From: Auanema rhodensis
Taxonomy: Eukaryota; Animalia; Nematoda
Direction: 5' to 3'
Assembly (NCBI GenBank): GCA_964057225.1
Contig: OZ059899.1
Location: 10,230,001-10,294,000 of the forward strand
Length of the DNA stretch: 64,000 nucleotides
In this document: one piece after another, positions 39,291 through 53,356 of the stretch
Numbering within the stretch: position 1 is the first letter of the stretch
Layout: every line of letters starts with the position of its first letter
Translations under genes and position numbers: made by a program
Notes under the pieces: generated by a model
Databases searched by the model: none
The model's input: the letters and a program-made list of their open reading frames with translations, nothing else
What the model was told of the DNA's origin: nothing

Positions 39291-40765
39291 TTTTATGTCT
39301 TACAGTTCTCCAACAGAACAGACTGATCCTGATTTCTCTATGATTACATAAAACTCTCGTTTGATATAAAAAAAGAAGAGGAATAACGTTTCCAGGATGT
39401 CAATGATATCGAATCTAGTGATATTGTAGAAAAATGTAATGTCAGCTCCATAGGTTTTCTCTTAATTTCTCTCATCACAATTGTCTTAGTTTTTTTTCTC
39501 ATTAGAGTTTCTGAAATCTTAGGTGAACAAGGCCGTATATATTTTTTTCTAGAATTCGAAAGCATTTGGGATGGACATTAGAAGTAAAAGAACTAGTTTT
39601 TCCTACTTTAAAACAAACAAAAAAAATAAAATGAAAAAGATTGTTAGATATCCAATTTAAACTTATACATTTACTTCGATAAAGAGCCTATTAGTTTGAA
39701 ATTTTATGTCTTACAGTTCTCCAACAGAACAGACTGATCCTGATTTCTCTATGATTATATAAAACTCTCGTTTGATATAAAAAAAGAAGAGGAATAACGT
39801 TTCCAGGATGTCAATGATATCGAATCTAGTGATATTGTAGAAAAATGTAATGTCAGCTCCATAGGTTTTCTCTTAATTTCTCTCATCACAATTGTCTTAG
39901 TTTTTTTTCTCATAAGAGTTTCTGAAATCTTAGGTGAACAAGGCCGTATATATTTTTTTCTGGAATTCGAAAGCATTTGGGATGGAAATTAGAAAGAAAA
40001 GAACTAGTTTTTCCTACTTTAAAACAAACAATAAGAAATAAAATAAAAAAGATTGTTAGATATCCAATTTAAACTTATACATTTACTTCGATAAAGAGCC
40101 TATTAGTTCGAAATTTTATGTCTTACAGTTCTCCAACAGAACAGACTGATCCTGATTTCTCTATGATTATATAAAACTCTCGTTTGATATAAAAAAAGAA
40201 GAGGAATAACGTTTCCAGGATGTCAATGATATCGAATCTAGTGATATTGTAGAAAAATGTAATGTCAGCTCCATAGGTTTTCTCTTAATTTCTCTCATCA
40301 CAATTGTCTTAGTTTTTTTTCTCATAAGAGTTTCTGAAATCTTAGGTGAACAAGGCCGTATATATTTTTTTCTGGAATTCGAAAGCATTTGGGATGGAAA
40401 TTAGAAAGAAAAGAACTAGTTTTTCCTACTTTAAAACAAACAATAAGAAATAAAATAAAAAAGATTGTTAGATATCCAATTTAAACTTATACATTTACTT
40501 CGATAAAGAGCCTATTAGTTTGAAATTTTATGTCTTACAGTTCTCCAACAGAACAGACTGATCCTGATTTCTCTATGATTACATAAAACTCTCGTTTGAT
40601 ATAAAAAAAGAAGAGGAATAACGTTTCCAGGATGTCAATGATATCGAATCTAGTGATATTGTAGAAAAATGTAATGTCAGCTCCATAGGTTTTCTCTTAA
40701 TTTCTCTCATCACAATTGTCTTAGTTTTTTTTCTCATAAGAGTTTCTGAAATCTTAGGTGAACAA

Positions 40766-40838
40766 GGCCGCGTGGCGCAATGGATAACGCGTCTGCCTAC
40801 GGAGCAGAAGATTGTAGGTTCGAATCCTGCCGTGGTCG
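40766..40838 (+). tRNA. trnR-ACG: tRNA-Arg(ACG), type B flank
   Basis: Same 73-nt sequence as 816-888, followed by T7. Confidence 0.97.
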
Positions 40839-43800
40839 TAAATTTTTTTCATTTCACTTGTCATTTACAAAAATTAAATTTATCTTCTTCAACGATTATT
40901 TTTGCAATGTGTCATAAAAATTTCACAGTTGAACAAAAAGTTTTTTGAGAATTTTTTTTGTTGTCAACATATATATTTTCCTGGAATTCGAAAGCATTTG
41001 GGATGGAAATTAGAAAGAAAAGAACTAGTTTTTCCTATTTTAAAACAAACAAAAAAAAATAAAATGAAAAAGATTGTTAGATATCCAATTTAAACTTATA
41101 CATTTACTTCGATAAAGAGCCTATTAGTTTGAAATTTTATGTCTTACAGTTCTCCAACAGAACAGACTGATCCTGATTTCTCTATGATTACATAAAACTC
41201 TCGTTTGATATACAAAAAGGAGAGGAATAACGTGTCCAGGATATCAATGATATCGAATCTAGTGATATTGTAGAAAAATGTAATGTCAGCTCCATAGGTT
41301 TTCTCTTAATTTCTCTCATCACAATTGTCTTAGTTTTTTTTCTCATAAGAGTTTCTGAAATCTTAGGTGAACAAGGCCGTATATATTTTTTTCTGGAATT
41401 CGAAAGCATTTGGGATGGATATTAGAAGGAAAAGAACTAGTTTTTCCTACTTTAAAACAAACAATAAGAAATAAAATAAAAAAGATTGTTAGATATCCAA
41501 TTTAAACTTATACATTTACTTTGATAAAGAGCCTATTAGTTTGAAATTTTATGTCTTACAGTTCTCCAACAGAACAGACTGATCCTGATTTCTCTATGAT
41601 TACATAAAACTCTCGTTTGATATAAAAAAAGAAGAGGAATAACGTTTCCAGGATGTCAATGATATCGAATCTAGTGATATTGTAGAAAAATGTAATGTCA
41701 GCTCCATAGGTTTTCTCTTAATTTCTCTCATCACAATTGTCTTAGTTTTTTTTCTCATTAGAGTTTCTGAAATCTTAGGTGAACAAGGCCGTATATATTT
41801 TTTTCTAGAATTCGAAAGCATTTGGGATGGACATTAGAAGTAAAAGAACTAGTTTTTCCTACTTTAAAACAAACAAAAAAAATAAAATGAAAAAGATTGT
41901 TAGATATCCAATTTAAACTTATACATTTACTTCGATAAAGAGCCTATTAGTTTGAAATTTTATGTCTTACAGTTCTCCAACAGAACAGACTGATCCTGAT
42001 TTCTCTATGATTACATAAAACTCTCGTTTGATATAAAAAAAGAAGAGGAATAACGTTTCCAGGATGTCAATGATATCGAATCTAGTGATATTGTAAAAAA
42101 ATGTAATGTCAGCTCCATAAGTTTTCTCTTAATTTCTCTCATCACAATTGTCTTAGTTTTTTTTCTCATAAGAGTTTCTGAAATCTTAGGTGAACAAGGC
42201 CGTATATATTTTTTTCTGGAATTCGAAAGCATTTGGGATGGAAATTAGAAAGAAAAGAACTAGTTTTTCCTACTTTAAAACAAACAATAAGAAATAAAAT
42301 AAAAAAGATTGTTAGATATCCAATTTAAACTTATACATTTACTTCGATAAAGAGCCTATTAGTTCGAAATTTTATGTCTTACAGTTCTCCAACAGAACAG
42401 ACTGATCCTGATTTCTCTATGATTATATAAAACTCTCGTTTGATATAAAAAAAGAAGAGGAATAACGTTTCCAGGATGTCAATGATATCGAATCTAGTGA
42501 TATTGTAGAAAAATGTAATGTCAGCTCCATAGGTTTTCTCTTAATTTCTCTCATCACAATTGTCTTAGTTTTTTTTCTCATAAGAGTTTCTGAAATCTTA
42601 GGTGAACAAGGCCGTATATATTTTTTTCTGGAATTCGAAAGCATTTGGGATGGAAATTAGAAAGAAAAGAACTAGTTTTTCCTACTTTAAAACAAACAAT
42701 AAGAAATAAAATAAAAAAGATTGTTAGATATCCAATTTAAACTTATACATTTACTTCGATAAAGAGCCTATTAGTTTGAAATTTTATGTCTTACAGTTCT
42801 CCAACAGAACAGACTGATCCTGATTTCTCTATGATTACATAAAACTCTCGTTTGATATAAAAAAAGAAGAGGAATAACGTTTCCAGGATGTCAATGATAT
42901 CGAATCTAGTGATATTGTAGAAAAATGTAATGTCAGCTCCATAGGTTTTCTCTTAATTTCTCTCATCACAATTGTCTTAGTTTTTTTTCTCATAAGAGTT
43001 TCTGAAATCTTAGGTGAACAAGGCCGTATATATTTTTTTCTGGAATTCGAAAGCATTTGGGATGGAAATTAGAAAGAAAAGAACTAGTTTTTCCTACTTT
43101 AAAACAAACAATAAGAAATAAAATAAAAAAGATTGTTAGATATCCAATTTAAACTTATACATTTACTTCGATAAAGAGCCTATTAGTTTGAAATTTTATG
43201 TCTTACAGTTCTCCAACAGAACAGACTGATCCTGATTTCTCTATGATTACATAAAATTCTCGTTTGATATAAAAAAAGAAGAGGAATAACGTTTCCAGGA
43301 TGTCAATGATATCGAATCTAGTGATATTGTAAAAAAATGTAATGTCAGCTCCATAGGTTTTCTCTTAATTTCTCTCATCACAATTGTCTTAGTTTTTTTT
43401 CTCATAAGAGTTTCTGAAATCTTAGGTGAACAAGGCCGTATATATTTTTTTCTGGAATTCGAAAGCATTTGGGATGGAAATTAGAAAGAAAAGAACTAGT
43501 TTTTCCTACTTTAAAACGAACAATAAGAAATAAAATAAAAAAGATTGTTAGATATCCAATTTAAACTTATACATTTACTTCGATAAAGAGCCTATTAGTT
43601 TGAAATTTTATGTCTTACAGTTCTCCAACAGAACAGACTGATCCTGATTTCTCTATGATTACATAAAACTCTCGTTTGATATAAAAAAAGAAGAGGAATA
43701 ACGTTTCCAGGATGTCAATGATATCGAATCTAGTGATATTGTAGAAAAATGTAATGTCAGCTCCATAGGTTTTCTCTTAATTTCTCTCATCACAATTGTC

Positions 43801-44669
43801 TTAGTTTTTTTTCTCATAAGAGTTTCTGAAATCTTAGGTGAACAAGGCCGTATATATTTTTTTCTGGAATTCGAAAGCATTTGGGATGGAAATTAGAAAG
43901 AAAAGAACTAGTTTTTCCTACTTTAAAACAAACAATAAGAAATAAAAAAAAAAAGATTGTTAAATATCCAATTTAAACTTATACATTTACTTCGATAAAG
44001 AGCCTATTAGTTTGAAATTTTATGTCTTACAGTTCTCCAACAGAACAGACTGATCCTGATTTCTCTATGATTACATAAAACTCTCGTTTGATATACAAAA
44101 AGGAGAGGAATAACGTTTCCAGGATGTCAATGATATCGAATCTAGTGATATTGTAGAAAAATGTAATGTCAGCTCCATAGGTTTTCTCTTAATTTCTCTC
44201 ATCACAATTGTCTTAGTTTTTTTTCTCATAAGAGTTTCTGAAATCTTAGGTGAACAAGGCCGTATATATTTTTTTCTGGAATTCGAAAGCATTTGGGATG
44301 GAAATTAGAAAGAAAAGAACTAGTTTTTCCTACTTTAAAACAAACAATAAGAAATAAAATAAAAAAGATTGTTAGATATCCAATTTAAACTTATACATTT
44401 ACTTCGATAAAGAGCCTATTAGTTTGAAATTTTATGTCTTACAGTTCTCCAACAGAACAGACTGATCCTGATTTCTCTATGATTACATAAAACTCTCGTT
44501 TGATATAAAAAAAGAAGAGGAATAACGTTTCCAGGATGTCAATGATATCGAATCTAGTGATATTGTAGAAAAATGTAATGTCAGCTCCATAGGTTTTCTC
44601 TTAATTTCTCTCATCACAATTGTCTTAGTTTTTTTTCTCATAAGAGTTTCTGAAATCTTAGGTGAACAA

Positions 44670-44742
44670 GGCCGCGTGGCGCAATGGATAACGCGTCTGC
44701 CTACGGAGCAGAAGATTGTAGGTTCGAATCCTGCCGTGGTCG
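44670..44742 (+). tRNA. trnR-ACG: tRNA-Arg(ACG), type B flank
   Basis: Same 73-nt sequence as 816-888, followed by T7. Confidence 0.97.
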
Positions 44743-45049
44743 TAAATTTTTTTCATTTCACTTGTCATTTACAAAAATTAAATTTATCTTCTTCAACGAT
44801 TATTTTTGCAATGTGTCATAAAAATTTCACAGTTGAACAAAAAGTTTTTTGAGAATTTTTTTTGTTGTCAACATATATATTTTCCTGGAATTCGAAAGCA
44901 TTTGGGATGGAAATTAGAAAGAAAAGAACTAGTTTTTCCTATTTTAAAACAAACAAAAAAAAATAAAATGAAAAATATTGTTAGATATCCAATTTAAACT
45001 TATACATTTACTTCGATAAAGAGCCTATTAGTTTGAAATTTTATGTCTT

Positions 45050-48000
45050 ACAGTTCTCCAACAGAACAGACTGATCCTGATTTCTCTATGATTACATAAA
45101 ACTCTCGTTTGATATACAAAAAGGAGAGGAATAACGTGTCCAGGATATCAATGATATCGAATCTAGTGATATTGTAGAAAAATGTAATGTCAGCTCCATA
45201 GGTTTTCTCTTAATTTCTCTCATCACAATTGTCTTAGTTTTTTTTCTCATAAGAGTTTCTGAAATCTTAGGTGAACAAGGCCGTATATATTTTTTTCTGG
45301 AATTCGAAAGCATTTGGGATGGATATTAGAAGGAAAAGAACTAGTTTTTCCTACTTTAAAACAAACAATAAGAAATAAAATAAAAAAGATTGTTAGATAT
45401 CCAATTTAAACTTATACATTTACTTTGATAAAGAGCCTATTAGTTTGAAATTTTATGTCTTACAGTTCTCCAACAGAACAGACTGATCCTGATTTCTCTA
45501 TGATTACATAAAACTCTCGTTTGATATAAAAAAAGAAGAGGAATAACGTTTCCAGGATGTCAATGATATCGAATCTAGTGATATTGTAGAAAAATGTAAT
45601 GTCAGCTCCATAGGTTTTCTCTTAATTTCTCTCATCACAATTGTCTTAGTTTTTTTTCTCATTAGAGTTTCTGAAATCTTAGGTGAACAAGGCCGTATAT
45701 ATTTTTTTCTAGAATTCGAAAGCATTTGGGATGGACATTAGAAGTAAAAGAACTAGTTTTTCTTACTTTAAAACAAACAAAAAAAAAGAAAATGAAAAAG
45801 ATTGTTAGATATCCAATTTAAACTTATACATTTACTTCGATAAAGAGCCTATTAGTTTGAAATTTTATGTCTTACAGTTCTCCAACAGAACAGACTGATC
45901 CTGATTTCTCTATGATTACATAAAACTCTCGTTTGATATAAAAAAAGAAGAGGAATAACGTTTCCAGGATGTCAATGATATCGAATCTAGTGATATTGTG
46001 AAAAAATGTAATGTCAGCTCCATAAGTTTTCTCTTAATTTCTCTCATCACAATTGTCTTAGTTTTTTTTCTCATAAGAGTTTCTGAAATCTTAGTTAAAC
46101 AAGGCCGTATATATTTTTTTCTGGAATTCGAAAGCATTTGGGATGGAAATTAGAAAGAAAAGAACTAGTTTTTCCTACTTTAAAACATACAATAAGAAAT
46201 AAAATAAAAAAGATTGTTAGATATCCAATTTAAACTTATACATTTACTTCGATAAAGAGCCTATTAGTTTGAAATTTTATGTCTTACAGTTCTCCAACAG
46301 AACAGACTGATCCTGATTTCTCTATGATTACATAAAACTCTCGTTTGATATACAAAAAGGAGAGGAATAACGTTTCCAGGATATCAATGATATCGAATCT
46401 AGTGATATTGTAGAAAAATGTAATGTCAGCTCCATAGTTTTTCTCTTAATTTCTCTCATCACAATAGTCTTATTTTTTTTTCATAAGAGTTTCTGAAATC
46501 TTAGTTGAACAAGGCCGTATATATTTTTTTCTGGAATTCGAAAGCATTTGGGATGGAAATTAGAAAGAAAAGAACTAGTTTTTCCTACTTTAAAACAAAC
46601 AATAAGAAATAAAATAAAAAAGATTGTTAGATATCCAATTTAAACTTATACATTTACTTCGATAAAGAGCCTATTAGTTTGAAATTTTATGTCTTACAGT
46701 TCTCCAACAGAACAGACTGATCCTGATTTCTCTATGATTATATAAAACTCTCGTTTGATATACAAAAAGGAGAGGAATAACGTTTCCAGGATATCAATGA
46801 TATCGAATCTAGTGATATTGTAGAAAAATGTAATGTCAGCTCCATAGTTTTTCTCTTAATTTCTCTCATCACAATAGTCTTATTTTTTTCTCATAAGAGT
46901 TTCTGAAATCTTAGGTGAACAAGGCCGTATATATTTTTTTCTGGAATTCGAAAGCATTTGGGATGGATATTAGAAGGAAAAGAACTAGTTTTTCCTACTT
47001 TAAAACAAACAATAAGAAATAAAATAAAAAAGATTGTTAGATATCCAATTTAAACTTATACATTTACTTTGATAAAGAGCCTATTAGTTTGAAATTTTAT
47101 GTCTTACAGTTCTCCAACAGAACAGACTGATCCTGATTTCTCTATGATTACATAAAACTCTCGTTTGATATAAAAAAAGAAGAGGAATAACGTTTCCAGG
47201 ATGTCAATGATATCGAATCTAGTGATATTGTAGAAAAATGTAATGTCAGCTCCATAGGTTTTCTCTTAATTTCTCTCATCACAATTGTCTTAGTTTTTTT
47301 TCTCATTAGAGTTTCTGAAATCTTAGGTGAACAAGGCCGTATATATTTTTTTCTAGAATTCGAAAGCATTTGGGATGGACATTAGAAGTAAAAGAACTAG
47401 TTTTTCTTACTTTAAAACAAACAAAAAAAAAGAAAATGAAAAAGATTGTTAGATATCCAATTTAAACTTATACATTTACTTCGATAAAGAGCCTATTAGT
47501 TTGAAATTTTATGTCTTACAGTTCTCCAACAGAACAGACTGATCCTGATTTCTCTATGATTACATAAAACTCTCGTTTGATATAAAAAAAGAAGAGGAAT
47601 AACGTTTCCAGGATGTCAATGATATCGAATCTAGTGATATTGTGAAAAAATGTAATGTCAGCTCCATAAGTTTTCTCTTAATTTCTCTCATCACAATTGT
47701 CTTAGTTTTTTTTCTCATAAGAGTTTCTGAAATCTTAGTTAAACAAGGCCGTATATATTTTTTTCTGGAATTCGAAAGCATTTGGGATGGAAATTAGAAA
47801 GAAAAGAACTAGTTTTTCCTACTTTAAAACATACAATAAGAAATAAAATAAAAAAGATTGTTAGATATCCAATTTAAACTTATACATTTACTTCGATAAA
47901 GAGCCTATTAGTTTGAAATTTTATGTCTTACAGTTCTCCAACAGAACAGACTGATCCTGATTTCTCTATGATTACATAAAACTCTCGTTTGATATACAAA

Positions 48001-51000
48001 AAGGAGAGGAATAACGTTTCCAGGATATCAATGATATCGAATCTAGTGATATTGTAGAAAAATGTAATGTCAGCTCCATAGTTTTTCTCTTAATTTCTCT
48101 CATCACAATAGTCTTATTTTTTTTTCATAAGAGTTTCTGAAATCTTAGTTGAACAAGGCCGTATATATTTTTTTCTGGAATTCGAAAGCATTTGGGATGG
48201 AAATTAGAAAGAAAAGAACTAGTTTTTCCTACTTTAAAACAAACAATAAGAAATAAAATAAAAAAGATTGTTAGATATCCAATTTAAACTTATACATTTA
48301 CTTCGATAAAGAGCCTATTAGTTTGAAATTTTATGTCTTACAGTTCTCCAACAGAACAGACTGATCCTGATTTCTCTATGATTATATAAAACTCTCGTTT
48401 GATATACAAAAAGGAGAGGAATAACGTTTCCAGGATATCAATGATATCGAATCTAGTGATATTGTAGAAAAATGTAATGTCAGCTCCATAGTTTTTCTCT
48501 TAATTTCTCTCATCACAATAGTCTTATTTTTTTTTCATGAGAGTTTCTGAAATCTTAGTTGAACAAGGCCGTATATATTTTTTTCTGGAATTCGAAAGCA
48601 TTTGGGATGGGTATTAGAAGGAAAAGAACTAGCTTTTCCTACTTTAAAACAAACAATAAGAAATAAAATAAAAAAGATTGTTAGATATCCAATTTAAACT
48701 TATACATTTACTTCGATAAAGAGCCTATTAGTTTGAAATTTTATGTCTTACAGTTCTCCAACAGAACAGACTGATCCTGATTTCTCTATGATTACATAAA
48801 ACTCTCGTTTGATATACAAAAAGGAGAGGAATAACGTGTCCAGGATATCAATGATATCGAATCTAGTGATATTGTAGAAAAATGTAATGTCAGCTCCATA
48901 GGTTTTCTCTTAATTTCTCTCATCACAATTGTCTTAGTTTTTTTTCTCATAAGAGTTTCTGAAATCTTAGGTGAACAAGGCCGTATATATTTTTTTCTGG
49001 AATTCGAAAGCATTTGGGATGGATATTAGAAGGAAAAGAACTAGTTTTTCCTACTTTAAAACAAACAATAAGAAATAAAATAAAAAAGATTGTTAGATAT
49101 CCAATTTAAACTTATACATTTACTTTGATAAAGAGCCTATTAGTTTGAAATTTTATGTCTTACAGTTCTCCAACAGAACAGACTGATCCTGATTTCTCTA
49201 TGATTACATAAAACTCTCGTTTGATATAAAAAAAGAAGAGGAATAACGTTTCCAGGATGTCAATGATATCGAATCTAGTGATATTGTAGAAAAATGTAAT
49301 GTCAGCTCCATAGGTTTTCTCTTAATTTCTCTCATCACAATTGTCTTAGTTTTTTTTCTCATTAGAGTTTCTGAAATCTTAGGTGAACAAGGCCGTATAT
49401 ATTTCTTTCTAGAATTCGAAAGCATTTGGGATGGACATTAGAAGTAAAAGAACTAGTTTTTCTTACTTTAAAACAAACAAAAAAAAAGAAAATGAAAAAG
49501 ATTGTTAGATATCCAATTTAAACTTATACATTTACTTCGATAAAGAGCCTATTAGTTTGAAATTTTATGTCTTACAGTTCTCCAACAGAACAGACTGATC
49601 CTGATTTCTCTATGATTACATAAAACTCTCGTTTGATATAAAAAAAGAAGAGGAATAACGTTTCCAGGATGTCAATGATATCGAATCTAGTGATATTGTG
49701 AAAAAATGTAATGTCAGCTCCATAAGTTTTCTCTTAATTTCTCTCATCACAATTGTCTTAGTTTTTTTTCTCATAAGAGTTTCTGAAATCTTAGTTAAAC
49801 AAGGCCGTATATATTTTTTTCTGGAATTCGAAAGCATTTGGGATGGAAATTAGAAAGAAAAGAACTAGTTTTTCCTACTTTAAAACATACAATAAGAAAT
49901 AAAATAAAAAAGATTGTTAGATATCCAATTTAAACTTATACATTTACTTCGATAAAGAGCCTATTAGTTTGAAATTTTATGTCTTACAGTTCTCCAACAG
50001 AACAGACTGATCCTGATTTCTCTATGATTACATAAAACTCTCGTTTGATATACAAAAAGGAGAGGAATAACGTTTCCAGGATATCAATGATATCGAATCT
50101 AGTGATATTGTAGAAAAATGTAATGTCAGCTCCATAGTTTTTCTCTTAATTTCTCTCATCACAATAGTCTTATTTTTTTTTCATAAGAGTTTCTGAAATC
50201 TTAGTTGAACAAGGCCGTATATATTTTTTTCTGGAATTCGAAAGCATTTGGGATGGAAATTAGAAAGAAAAGAACTAGTTTTTCCTACTTTAAAACAAAC
50301 AATAAGAAATAAAATAAAAAAGATTGTTAGATATCCAATTTAAACTTATACATTTACTTCGATAAAGAGCCTATTAGTTTGAAATTTTATGTCTTACAGT
50401 TCTCCAACAGAACAGACTGATCCTGATTTCTCTATGATTATATAAAACTCTCGTTTGATATACAAAAAGGAGAGGAATAACGTTTCCAGGATATCAATGA
50501 TATCGAATCTAGTGATATTGTAGAAAAATGTAATGTCAGCTCCATAGTTTTTCTCTTAATTTCTCTCATCACAATAGTCTTATTTTTTTCTCATAAGAGT
50601 TTCTGAAATCTTAGGTGAACAAGGCCGTATATATTTTTTTCTGGAATTCGAAAGCATTTGGGATGGATATTAGAAGGAAAAGAACTAGTTTTTCCTACTT
50701 TAAAACAAACAATAAGAAATAAAATAAAAAAGATTGTTAGATATCCAATTTAAACTTATACATTTACTTTGATAAAGAGCCTATTAGTTTGAAATTTTAT
50801 GTCTTACAGTTCTCCAACAGAACAGACTGATCCTGATTTCTCTATGATTACATAAAACTCTCGTTTGATATAAAAAAAGAAGAGGAATAACGTTTCCAGG
50901 ATGTCAATGATATCGAATCTAGTGATATTGTAGAAAAATGTAATGTCAGCTCCATAGGTTTTCTCTTAATTTCTCTCATCACAATTGTCTTAGTTTTTTT

Positions 51001-52450
51001 TCTCATTAGAGTTTCTGAAATCTTAGGTGAACAAGGCCGTATATATTTTTTTCTAGAATTCGAAAGCATTTGGGATGGACATTAGAAGTAAAAGAACTAG
51101 TTTTTCTTACTTTAAAACAAACAAAAAAAAAGAAAATGAAAAAGATTGTTAGATATCCAATTTAAACTTATACATTTACTTCGATAAAGAGCCTATTAGT
51201 TTGAAATTTTATGTCTTACAGTTCTCCAACAGAACAGACTGATCCTGATTTCTCTATGATTACATAAAACTCTCGTTTGATATAAAAAAAGAAGAGGAAT
51301 AACGTTTCCAGGATGTCAATGATATCGAATCTAGTGATATTGTGAAAAAATGTAATGTCAGCTCCATAAGTTTTCTCTTAATTTCTCTCATCACAATTGT
51401 CTTAGTTTTTTTTCTCATAAGAGTTTCTGAAATCTTAGTTAAACAAGGCCGTATATATTTTTTTCTGGAATTCGAAAGCATTTGGGATGGAAATTAGAAA
51501 GAAAAGAACTAGTTTTTCCTACTTTAAAACATACAATAAAAAATAAAATAAAAAAGATTGTTAGATATCCAATTTAAACTTATACATTTACTTCGATAAA
51601 GAGCCTATTAGTTTGAAATTTTATGTCTTACAGTTCTCCAACAGAACAGACTGATCCTGATTTCTCTATGATTACATAAAACTCTCGTTTGATATACAAA
51701 AAGGAGAGGAATAACGTTTCCAGGATATCAATGATATCGAATCTAGTGATATTGTAGAAAAATGTAATGTCAGCTCCATAGTTTTTCTCTTAATTTCTCT
51801 CATCACAATAGTCTTATTTTTTTTTCATAAGAGTTTCTGAAATCTTAGTTGAACAAGGCCGTATATATTTTTTTCTGGAATTCGAAAGCATTTGGGATGG
51901 AAATTAGAAAGAAAAGAACTAGTTTTTCCTACTTTAAAACAAACAATAAGAAATAAAATAAAAAAGATTGTTAGATATCCAATTTAAACTTATACATTTA
52001 CTTCGATAAAGAGCCTATTAGTTTGAAATTTTATGTCTTACAGTTCTCCAACAGAACAGACTGATCCTGATTTCTCTATGATTATATAAAACTCTCGTTT
52101 GATATACAAAAAGGAGAGGAATAACGTTTCCAGGATATCAATGATATCGAATCTAGTGATATTGTAGAAAAATGTAATGTCAGCTCCATAGTTTTTCTCT
52201 TAATTTCTCTCATCACAATAGTCTTATTTTTTTTTCATGAGAGTTTCTGAAATCTTAGTTGAACAAGGCCGTATATATTTTTTTCTGGAATTCGAAAGCA
52301 TTTGGGATGGGTATTAGAAGGAAAAGAACTAGCTTTTCCTACTTTAAAACAAACAATAAGAAATAAAATAAAAAAGATTGTTAGATATCCAATTTAAACT
52401 TATACATTTACTTCGATAAAGAGCCTATTAGTTTGAAATTTTATGTCTTA
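45050..52450. repeat. Higher-order repeat, period 3700 bp (9 tRNA-less monomers with a nested 1644-bp tetramer), 2 copies
   Basis: Offsets 3700 (45092/48792, 45916/49616, 47560/51260) and 1644 (45916/47560, 49616/51260). The marker TTAGTTAAACAAGG occurs four times. Confidence 0.92.
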
Positions 52451-52676
52451 CAGTTCTCCAACAGAACAGACTGATCCTGATTTCTCTATGATTACATAAA
52501 ACTCTCGTTTGATATACAAAAAGGAGAGGAATAACGTTTCCAGGATATCAATGATATCGAATCTAGTGATATTGTAGAAAAATGTAATGTCAGCTCCATA
52601 GTTTTTCTCTAAATTTCTCTTATCACAATAGTCTTTTTTTTTTTTCATAAGAGTTTCTGAAATCTTAGTTGAACAA

Positions 52677-52749
52677 GGCCGCGTGGCGCAATGGATAACG
52701 CGTCTGCCTACGGAGCAGAAGATTGTAGGTTCGAATCCTGCCGTGGTCG
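52677..52749 (+). tRNA. trnR-ACG: tRNA-Arg(ACG), type A flank
   Basis: Same 73-nt sequence as 816-888, followed by T7. Confidence 0.97.
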
Positions 52750-53283
52750 TAAATTTTTTTCATTTGACTTGTCATTTACAAAAATCAAATTTATCTTCTT
52801 CAACGATCATTTTTGCAATGTGTCATAAAAATTTCACAGTTGAACAAAACGTTTTTTAAGAATTTTTTTTGTTGTCAACATATATATTTTCCTGGAATTC
52901 GAAAGCATTTGGGATGGAAATTAGAAAGAAAAGAACTAGTTTTTCCTATTTTAAAACAAACAAAAAAAAATAAAATGAGAAAGAATGTTAGATATCCAAT
53001 TTAAACTTATACATTTACTTCGATAAAGAGCCTATTAGTTTGAAATTTTATGTCTTACAGTTCTCCAACAGAACAGACTGATCCTGATTTCTCTATGATT
53101 ACATAAAACTCTCGTTTGATATACAAAAAGGAGAGGAATAACGTTTCCAGGATATCAATGATATCGAATCTAGTGATATTGTAGAAAAATGTAATGTCAG
53201 CTCCATAGTTTTTCTCTAAATTTCTCTCATCACAATAGTCTTATTTTTTTTTCATAAGAGTTTCTGAAATCTTAGTTGAACAA

Positions 53284-53356
53284 GGCCGCGTGGCGCAATG
53301 GATAACGCGTCTGCCTACGGAGCAGAAGATTGTAGGTTCGAATCCTGCCGTGGTCG
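53284..53356 (+). tRNA. trnR-ACG: tRNA-Arg(ACG), type A flank
   Basis: Same 73-nt sequence as 816-888, followed by T7. Confidence 0.97.
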
